From positions 3,896-27,895 of the forward strand of contig CALRDO010000005.1 of NCBI GenBank assembly GCA_943354915.1: a stretch of 24,000 bases of DNA, in the 5' to 3' direction. Of the stretch, positions 11,836 to 18,733 are shown piece by piece (the first letter of the stretch is position 1; every line of letters begins with the position of its first letter). Both the position numbers and the translations under genes were made by a program. Below the pieces are notes generated by a model. It was not told where the DNA came from, made no database searches, and saw only the letters and a list, made by a program, of their open reading frames with translations. Source of the stretch: Patescibacteria group bacterium UBA4664. Its GTDB lineage: Bacteria > Patescibacteriota > Saccharimonadia > CAILAD01 > BJGX01.

Positions 11836-12044
11836 CACGGATTACTAGCCATCATACTGCCAATTTGAGAAGAGTATTGCTTGTGGATAACAATTTAGTT
11901 GCTATTTAGCTTAAATAAGAGCTTTGTTGTAATTATTACTATATAACTACTAATATTGGGCGCTTGTACCCCTTGCTGCGTATTTATGACTATTTATGAG
12001 TTCTATGCCCTGTTTTTGTCTTTAACGACCTTTTATCCGTGCAC

Positions 12045-12075
12045 AAATAAAAAACACCTGGGTGGCAGGTGTTTT
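12045..12075 (-). terminator. Intrinsic terminator of the candidate ncRNA
   Basis: Minus strand AAAACACCTG-CCACC-CAGGTGTTTT followed by TTATTT: perfect 10-bp stem, 5-nt loop, T-rich tail. Confidence 0.85.
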
Positions 12076-12549
12076 AGATCATATTTTGACTAATTAGAAA
12101 TGGTTACGGGCCGATGCAAATGCCCTTAAATGTTTAGAAACAAGATTGGCATGTATCGGCCCGGATTGGGACCCTAACTGGGAGCTAAGGTCCATTGAAA
12201 GGTTGCAGTCGCAGTTCATTTAATTTTAGGTACGACGAGTTGCGACTGACGCTTCCCAACCATCGGTACGGTACTTGACCGGAGTTCTACCTTTTAGACC
12301 TAAAAGATATAATTCCGGCCAGGTTCCTTCGAGTATAAGCTGTTTCCCCCTAGAGCATAATGACTGCAAACAGGCAGACTCTACGACAGTAAGGAAGTTC
12401 TGGTACAAAAAACAAGGGGGTTGCTTTTTGTAGCCAGAGATTCCTTACCGTCAATTGATGTATGATGATCCTTTAAGAGTACAGGTCATCCCTTACGGTG
12501 GTTTATTGTATGGCATAATTTTTATTTTTTGTTTTTAATGAACTAGAAT
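12045..12549 (-). ncRNA. Candidate ~505-nt structured noncoding RNA, family unassigned
   Basis: Minus-strand promoter TTGACA-N18-TATACT (12585-12556). No convincing minus-strand ORF in the supplied track. Multiple stems (see findings) ending in a perfect 10-bp terminator hairpin plus T tract. Confidence 0.75.
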
Positions 12550-12555
12550 AGCTCT

Positions 12556-12585
12556 AGTATAGCATTATACTTATGCTTATGTCAA
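12556..12585 (-). promoter_or_regulatory. Sigma70-type promoter for the candidate ncRNA
   Basis: Minus strand TTGACA (12585-12580), 18-nt spacer, TATACT (12561-12556); predicted TSS about 12549. Confidence 0.75.
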
Positions 12586-12636
12586 GAGTATTGCTGCTCT
12601 ATTTAAGTGTACACCTGGAATATAGTGTTATAATTT

Positions 12637-13620
12637 TTACAACAAGCCTACTTTTATCTTTACTTCGGCAAGTTTTTTATTGGCTATTTGGCTAGCCCTG
12701 GTGTTCCCCTGCTCAATAATACTCATTAATTTCTCTTCATTTGATCGATACTTTTCAAATTCCAACTGAAGTGTGGCTAATTTTTGAGCTACAAGCTCGC
12801 CCAGTGCCTGCTTAAACTCGCCATAGCCCTTAGCGGCAAAGATTTTTTCTACTTTAGCAATGTCAACATCAGCAAAGCCAGCGTATATCTCTATCAGGTT
12901 AGCTATAGCTGGCTTATTTTTTGGATCATAAATGATTGTAGTATCTGAATCTGTCACTGCCCTCTTGAATTTCTTAACTACTGATTCGGCGTTCTCGCCG
13001 AGCGCCACATAACTGTCTGGGCGATCGCTTTTACTCATCTTATAGCGGGGATCATCTAGCCTTTTTACCCTTGCGCCATGGCTAGGTACTACGGCTTTAG
13101 GCAAAATAAATGTTTCTCCATAGATATTATTAAAGCGAGTAGCAATATTCCTGGCTAACTCAACATGTTGAGCCTGGTCGTCGCCAACCGGGACTTCATT
13201 AGTGTCATAAAGTAATATATCAGCTGCCATCAGCACAGGATAGTTAAAAAACCCAACCAATTGGCCCTCCGAAGAAGTTTTTTTAGTCTTATCCTTGAAT
13301 TGCGTCATTCGATGGAGCTCTCCCATCGTCACAAAGTTATCAAGTATCCAAAACAGCTCAGCGTGGGCGGGTACCATGGATTGCACCAATATAATTGATT
13401 TATCTGGGTCAACCCCTACCGCTAAGAGCCAAGCTACCAGGTCTAAAGTCCTTTTTTTAAGCTCAGCCGGGTCCTGTCTAGCTGTTAGGGCATGCGTATT
13501 AGGCACAAAGAAGATGCTTCTATTATCCCCCTGATTGAGCGGCCAATGCTTCATTGCCCCTAAATAGTTGCCAATGGTCATCTCCCCAGTTGGTTTTAAG
13601 CCTGATAATACAGTTTTCAT
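12637..13620 (-). CDS. trpS: Tryptophanyl-tRNA synthetase (start assigned to the internal ATG at 13620; the ORF track starts at a GTG at 13635)
   Basis: MKTVLSGLKPTGEMTIGNYLGAMKHWP; PVLMAADILLYDTNEVPVGDDQAQHVELARNIA; KMSKS. The upstream in-frame codons GTG-TAT-AAT overlap a TGTATAAT extended -10 box. Confidence 0.95.
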   Translation of the reverse strand: MKTVLSGLKPTGEMTIGNYLGAMKHWPLNQGDNRSIFFVPNTHALTARQDPAELKKRTLDLVAWLLAVGVDPDKSIILVQSMVPAHAELFWILDNFVTMGELHRMTQFKDKTKKTSSEGQLVGFFNYPVLMAADILLYDTNEVPVGDDQAQHVELARNIATRFNNIYGETFILPKAVVPSHGARVKRLDDPRYKMSKSDRPDSYVALGENAESVVKKFKRAVTDSDTTIIYDPKNKPAIANLIEIYAGFADVDIAKVEKIFAAKGYGEFKQALGELVAQKLATLQLEFEKYRSNEEKLMSIIEQGNTRASQIANKKLAEVKIKVGLL

Positions 13621-13626
13621 AGTTTT

Positions 13627-13634
13627 ATTATACA
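13627..13634 (-). promoter_or_regulatory. Extended -10 box (TGTATAAT) ending 6 nt before the trpS ATG
   Basis: Minus strand GTTCGGTGTATAATAAAACTATG. Confidence 0.5.
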
Positions 13635-13646
13635 CCGAACAGCTTA

Positions 13647-14717
13647 CTAATCATCGCTATTGGGCCTATCAATGAAAGCTGGCTCTACGGCGTCCTGAGT
13701 GCCTGCGATATTAACGACATCTTTATCGACTTTTTTGAGTTCCTTATGAGCATTATTGTAATGATTAACAGTGGTCGAAAGCGAGCCACCAAGCTTATGC
13801 ATAAATCCTTCATAGCTCTTAATATGACGTCCGAGCATGCCAACTCTCTTTTGAATTTCTTTAGCTTGGTCCTCTATCTGGAGACTCCTTAATCCTTGCA
13901 GTACTGTCTGCAAATAAGCCATGAAGGTCGTGGGACTAACGATAATTACCTTTTTGTCTTGAAAGGCATACTCAATGAGGTCCCTTGAGGCGGTATCGGC
14001 GGTACCAATCTTATTCGTCAAGAGATCATTATAAATTGCCTCCGATGGGATAAACATAAAAGCAAAATCCATAGTGTTCTCGCTGGGTCTAATATACTTG
14101 CTGGTTTCATCAATACGGGCCTTGAGATCTTGCTTAAACTTCTTAATAAGGACTTCTTTTTGAGCCTTATCCTTCGCTTCTACCAAACGATTGTAGTTTT
14201 CTAAGCTAAATTTTGAATCTATTGGCAAGATTTTGTCTTTTTCTAGCAAGATTACCGCATCTACCATATCGCCATTCTTAAATTTATACTGTAATTTATA
14301 GCAACTAGATGGCAAAACATTGTCCAGTACGGTTTGCAGGTAATATTCTCCTAATACGCCTCTCTGTTTAGGGTTCTGCAAAACATTTTGGAGAGTTTTT
14401 AACTCATCTGCGACATCAACAACTCTTTTATTGGTCTCGTCTAGCTTCGTGAGCCGTTCGGTGACATCAATAATAAGCTTAGATGATTCGCTCATCTGTT
14501 TTTGAACGCTGGCCTGCATAGCAGAGTTGTTTTTATCTATCCTATCGTTCAGGTGAGACTGCGATTGGTTAATAAGCTGTTGAATACCCTGAAGGTCTTG
14601 CTTTAACATGCCAAGCAAATCAGAGCTGGTATCGGGCTTTTTGTTTATTAACAGGTATATAACTATCAATAAGGCAAGTAGAACGAAGCTGGATATAACT
14701 ATCAATACCGTATTCAT
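13647..14717 (-). CDS. rmuC: RmuC-family DNA recombination protein (start assigned to the ATG at 14717)
   Basis: N-terminal TM, coiled coil, then NPKQRGVLGEYYLQTVLDNVLP...DSKFSLENYNRL...FMFIPSEAIYNDLL...VIIVSPTTFMAYLQTV. An AAGGAG Shine-Dalgarno-like sequence lies upstream of the assigned ATG. Confidence 0.92.
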   Translation of the reverse strand: MNTVLIVISSFVLLALLIVIYLLINKKPDTSSDLLGMLKQDLQGIQQLINQSQSHLNDRIDKNNSAMQASVQKQMSESSKLIIDVTERLTKLDETNKRVVDVADELKTLQNVLQNPKQRGVLGEYYLQTVLDNVLPSSCYKLQYKFKNGDMVDAVILLEKDKILPIDSKFSLENYNRLVEAKDKAQKEVLIKKFKQDLKARIDETSKYIRPSENTMDFAFMFIPSEAIYNDLLTNKIGTADTASRDLIEYAFQDKKVIIVSPTTFMAYLQTVLQGLRSLQIEDQAKEIQKRVGMLGRHIKSYEGFMHKLGGSLSTTVNHYNNAHKELKKVDKDVVNIAGTQDAVEPAFIDRPNSDD

Positions 14718-14945
14718 TAAGCACATCTCCTTTTAATTAGTATAGCACCCTTAATTTATTAATAAAAACGGCTGCTCGTAATAACTCCCGGGCACCAATG
14801 GTAACTACTATCTATTACCCACTTTGAACAATATATTACTTCATTAGATAGATTTATATTTTATACCTATCCTAAGCTACTTTATAGCTTAAAAACAGCC
14901 ATTAAATACATATACTCAATGCTTTAGCACTAGTAATATGTGCTA

Positions 14946-15296
14946 TTATTCAACCCCTAAAGACCTTAGGTATGTGATAGCTGCAGCTATCAAAAAACCT
15001 AAAAAAGCCAACATTAGGCCCGTTTGAATATAAAAGAATAATAAAAAACCTATGCCGCCTGGAGTCGTAGGGCCCGCAAATATAACTTCATTGCTTAAAT
15101 ACCTCAATATTTGCATCAAAACAACACATCCCAGCCCATATAAAACAAAGCGACGGGTTTTTGTACGGTTTAGCTTGCGAGCTGTAACCATTAGCTTAGC
15201 CTTAGAGGGTCTGTTTGCCAATTTGTTGCTACCAGCAGTCAATTTGAGGTGATTGTTGCGTCTATTAACATTCCTGCTAGTCCCGATAGTGCTCAT
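14946..15296 (-). CDS. Small membrane protein of unknown function
   Basis: 116 aa; basic N-terminus followed by two hydrophobic helices (FVLYGLGCVVLMQILRYL; IGFLLFFYIQTGLMLAFLGFLIAAAITYL). Confidence 0.5.
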   Translation of the reverse strand: MSTIGTSRNVNRRNNHLKLTAGSNKLANRPSKAKLMVTARKLNRTKTRRFVLYGLGCVVLMQILRYLSNEVIFAGPTTPGGIGFLLFFYIQTGLMLAFLGFLIAAAITYLRSLGVE

Positions 15297-15322
15297 GGTT
15301 AATATATTACTCTTTTTGTACG

Positions 15323-15814
15323 TTATAATCTAGGCATCCACCATGGCAATATAACCTTAACGCTCCTAGTACTGCTACGATGCGTGGTAGGAGCAAAATA
15401 CTTATCAAGTATTCTCGGCCAATTCTCCTTAAGCCAGGTTTGCTGCTCTAGGTACATATATTCTAAACCGCGCTCAGCAAATTCCTGCTTTATAACGCCT
15501 CCCCTATGGGGGTGTTGCTGTTTTTGCTGCAAGGGAGAATTAAATCCATGAGCATAGTGAGTCATCTCGTGCACTATCGTGGCTACAACTACAAATTGAG
15601 GCACTTCCATATCCTGAAAGATAGGATTTATCCTAATAATTGAGATGCTTGGATCATTACTATCAAGGCCGATAGAGCCCAGCCTTCTTTTAGCTTTTTT
15701 GCCAAAAATAATCTTAATTTGATTAGACCGGGCAATATCGCTAAAATGAGCCCCCCAAACATAGCTTAAAAGACTCTCTAGCCAGTTTTGGTTGCGATAA
15801 GAATCTATTTTCAT
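15323..15814 (-). CDS. Putative zinc metalloprotease (HExxH), distant SprT-like or zincin
   Basis: 163 aa; VVATIVHEMTHYAHGFN...HPHRGGVIKQEFAERGLEYMYLEQQTWLKENWP. Its start codon overlaps the stop codon of the upstream helicase gene (ATGA). Confidence 0.65.
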   Translation of the reverse strand: MKIDSYRNQNWLESLLSYVWGAHFSDIARSNQIKIIFGKKAKRRLGSIGLDSNDPSISIIRINPIFQDMEVPQFVVVATIVHEMTHYAHGFNSPLQQKQQHPHRGGVIKQEFAERGLEYMYLEQQTWLKENWPRILDKYFAPTTHRSSTRSVKVILPWWMPRL

Positions 15815-18657
15815 GTTAGTAATTTATTAAAATCAAGCTTACTATTCCCCTTATCACTAAATTTCATTGCTTTTATCCCCTCTACCGCCTGGGTAATTAG
15901 CTCTAGGGTTTTCTGATGATTAATTTTAGTATTTTTACCGACTATTAGGTCTTCAATATACTCTAAACTAGTTGCTGATACTGGACTTTGTTGTAATTTT
16001 TCCCACGAAAGAGCATAAATACCTAGCTGAATACTAACTTTAGCGGCCGTATCGGCTACTTTTTGATCTTTGACTCTCGATGTTTTAAAATCTCTTATCT
16101 CTACTCCATCCTTAGAGCTTAAGACAATATCATACCTACCTGATATAACAGTCTTCAGGGCCGGCAGCTGAAGCTCAAAGGGTTGTTCGATTGCAACTGG
16201 CTTTAATCTGTCGCCATGGTAGCTCTTGATGTATTTGTTGAGCGCCTTGACCCCAGTATTAAATAAGGCCTGTTCATGCTCTATCGAAACAAAACCTTCG
16301 CTACGCCAGGCACTCTTATAGACCTCTAGGACTTCTCGCTGTGAAATCGATCTACCCTTCAGCTTAAATTTATAAAAATGCTCTAAGGCGGCATGTATGC
16401 TTGAGCCATAAATAAGTGCGTGAAAAGGACCTTTTGGTAATTGTAGGATATGAAAAAGCCAAAACTCCTTTGGAGAACGCAAATAATCGGCTACCTGGCT
16501 ACTTGTTAGATACAGCCAATCGCCCCTGTAGAGCCTAGCTAGCAAACTATCTTGATTGGCAGTTTTAATGACTGGCTCAAAAGAACTAATTAGCTCGGCC
16601 ATACTACGCTGATCTTCTACTCTGGTTGTTTTAGCCGACCAATCGCTACCTAAGGCTTCACCGATAAACCTCGACGGCTTTCTTGGTCTCTTGCCGCCCC
16701 AATCAACTGCATAGCTCAAAAATACACCCATTCGCGCTCTAGTTAGGGCAACATAAAAGAGTCTACGCTCCTCTTGATAGTGATCTCCCTCCCCGAGTAC
16801 TAAAACTTCTTTTGGAAACTTAATGTCCTCGCGCCTTCTATAAGTTGGGAAGCTTTGCTCTACAAGCTCTGGGATAAAAACATAATCAAATTCTAGCCCT
16901 TTTGCCTTATGGACTGTCATAATCTGCACACCAGACGTATCAAGAGGAGATATATCACTCATAACATCGGCCGATGAAAACTTAATTTCATCTAAATACT
17001 TACAAAATTCTACCAGACTAGTATCGGTAGAAGCTAACTCAAATTGTTTTACAAGTTTAAAAAAATCAGTCATATACTGAACTGACAGGGCTGACTGGAT
17101 CGAATCGCCGGCTTCATCAAGCAGGTTCTTTAAGAACCCATTAGCCTTGATAGCAACAAATAGTAACTCTCCGGCCGTATAGTCCGAGAGCATCTCTCGA
17201 TATAAACTAATATCAGCTATAGCCTGCTCAATCCAGGGCTGATCAGATTCTTCATTTAAGGCATCAAAAAAGTTTTTATTTTGCTTGTGGGCCAGCGAGG
17301 ATATTATTGTTATTTGGTGTTTATCGTGATCTTTAAAAAACCCACTAATGAGTAGCTGAAAAAGCGCCGAGGAATCTAGCGGATCGGTGATTGACTTGGC
17401 AAGTACGACCAACATTTTTACACTTTTTTGGTCAAATAGCTCCACATCTTGATGGACATAGTATGCTATCTTTTTTTTCTGTAACGCCAAAATATAAGGT
17501 TTAATTTGACTATTCTTGCGTAGTAAAATTGCAATATCATTGTGCTCTACATGCCCACCCCCCAGGCGATCTATCGCTTCTACCACGCCGTCAACCTCAC
17601 TCAGCTTATGTTGATAATGTTCAACGCCCACGGTTGCCTTTGGACAATTATTGGCAATTAATTGTTTATTAATATTCTGAGCGATTTCGAGTCTATCTGG
17701 ATTATTATGTTGAATCAAACCATATCCAGCATCCAATATTAACTGGCCACTCCTAAAATTATCCTTTAGTACAACCAGCTTACTTTTGGGGAATTTGCTT
17801 TTAAAATTTAAGATATTTTGAACGGATGCACCTCTAAAGCGATAAATTGCCTGGTCATCATCACCCACCACCATAATATTCTCAAGTTCAGTGAGTAGCT
17901 CGCTTATAATCCCCATTTGGATAGCATTAGTGTCCTGGAATTCATCAACTAAAACATACTTATAGCGCTCATTTAGCTCTTTTTTGACTGCAGGCCGAGT
18001 TTTTAACAAATGTTGTAATTTTATCAATAAATCACCAAAGTCTAAGCTGTTTTTGCGTGCACAAAGCTCAGCATAAAGTTTGTATATTTTAGCTAAATCT
18101 AGCATTGGGGCGTTTTTTTGGCCGCTACTAGTATCTGCTAACTTGCGGGTCAGCTTACCAAACTCTAGACTATCAATTCCTTCATCTTTAAGTCTTGATA
18201 TAGCCTGCTTAATAGAGCCTATAAAGGCAAATGGGTCGTACTGTGGGCTATAATACTTAAATTCAATAGTTGACATTACCTCTTGCAAGATAATTGTCTG
18301 CTGAATATCATTTAATATCCGAAACTCTGGGCTGATACCAGCATCTAGCGCAAACTCTTGCAGTATCCTCTCGGCTAGGGCATGGAATGTCATTATTTGA
18401 GTATCAACATACCCATATGGTAGTAGCTCATCGACCCTCTGTTGCATTTCGGTTGCCGCCTTCTCGGTAAATGTTAGTGCTAGAACTTCCTCAGCCTTAG
18501 CTTTATTGGTTAAAATCAATCTAGCTATCCGATTAGTTATTACTGCTGTTTTGCCGGTACCTGCCCCTGCCACAACTAAAATGGCGCCATCATTATGGTC
18601 AATTGCCTCTAGCTGAGATGAGGTAAATTTGATTTTACTAGCTTTAGTGTTTGGCAT
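15811..18657 (-). CDS. UvrD/PcrA/AddA-type superfamily 1 helicase fused to a C-terminal PD-(D/E)XK nuclease-like domain
   Basis: 948 aa; Walker A VVAGAGTGKTAVITNRIA; YVLVDEFQDTN; VVGDDQAIYRFRGA; VQIMTVHKAKGLEFDYVFIPELVE; ERRLFYVALTRA. C-terminus: YGSSIHAALEHFY, GRYDIVLSSKDGVEIRDFKTS, QLGIYALSWEKL. Confidence 0.93.
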   Translation of the reverse strand: MPNTKASKIKFTSSQLEAIDHNDGAILVVAGAGTGKTAVITNRIARLILTNKAKAEEVLALTFTEKAATEMQQRVDELLPYGYVDTQIMTFHALAERILQEFALDAGISPEFRILNDIQQTIILQEVMSTIEFKYYSPQYDPFAFIGSIKQAISRLKDEGIDSLEFGKLTRKLADTSSGQKNAPMLDLAKIYKLYAELCARKNSLDFGDLLIKLQHLLKTRPAVKKELNERYKYVLVDEFQDTNAIQMGIISELLTELENIMVVGDDDQAIYRFRGASVQNILNFKSKFPKSKLVVLKDNFRSGQLILDAGYGLIQHNNPDRLEIAQNINKQLIANNCPKATVGVEHYQHKLSEVDGVVEAIDRLGGGHVEHNDIAILLRKNSQIKPYILALQKKKIAYYVHQDVELFDQKSVKMLVVLAKSITDPLDSSALFQLLISGFFKDHDKHQITIISSLAHKQNKNFFDALNEESDQPWIEQAIADISLYREMLSDYTAGELLFVAIKANGFLKNLLDEAGDSIQSALSVQYMTDFFKLVKQFELASTDTSLVEFCKYLDEIKFSSADVMSDISPLDTSGVQIMTVHKAKGLEFDYVFIPELVEQSFPTYRRREDIKFPKEVLVLGEGDHYQEERRLFYVALTRARMGVFLSYAVDWGGKRPRKPSRFIGEALGSDWSAKTTRVEDQRSMAELISSFEPVIKTANQDSLLARLYRGDWLYLTSSQVADYLRSPKEFWLFHILQLPKGPFHALIYGSSIHAALEHFYKFKLKGRSISQREVLEVYKSAWRSEGFVSIEHEQALFNTGVKALNKYIKSYHGDRLKPVAIEQPFELQLPALKTVISGRYDIVLSSKDGVEIRDFKTSRVKDQKVADTAAKVSIQLGIYALSWEKLQQSPVSATSLEYIEDLIVGKNTKINHQKTLELITQAVEGIKAMKFSDKGNSKLDFNKLLT

Positions 18658-18703
18658 AATTTCACTCTTTATAATACTTACATCATACCTTAATACATTC
18701 AGA

Positions 18704-18712
18704 TGGTATAAT
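18704..18712 (+). promoter_or_regulatory. Extended -10 promoter element (TGGTATAAT) for the 656-aa ORF
   Basis: TGGTATAAT 21 nt upstream of ATG 18734, with AAGGTTAAGG between. Confidence 0.5.
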
Positions 18713-18733
18713 AATACTTAAAGGTTAAGGTAT

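Noticed and set aside
12226-12408. 60-aa plus-strand ORF (MYQNFLTVVESACLQSLCSRGKQLILEGTWPEL...)
   Set aside because: It lies antisense to the structured ncRNA candidate, and its composition follows the RNA stems. There is no ribosome-binding site and no recognisable protein features.
11696-12549. T-box riboswitch controlling pheST or trpS
   Set aside because: No AGGGUGGNACCGCG-like antiterminator or Stem I signature was found. The ncRNA candidate is downstream of trpS and ends in its own terminator about 375 nt before the next gene. The GGTACC in the pheST leader is part of the inverted repeat only.
12045-12549. RNase P RNA, tmRNA or SRP RNA identity for the ncRNA
   Set aside because: The universally conserved GAGGAAAGUCC and ACAGAA..GGCUUA cores (RNase P), tRNA-like ends and tag ORF (tmRNA), and GGAAGCAGC-type domain (SRP) were not found by eye. 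A covariance-model search is still needed to exclude divergent forms.
14870-14895. 7-bp hairpin TAAGCTA-CTTTA-TAGCTTA near the rmuC upstream region
   Set aside because: It is AU-rich and lacks a U tract in either direction, so it is too weak to call a terminator or RNA element.
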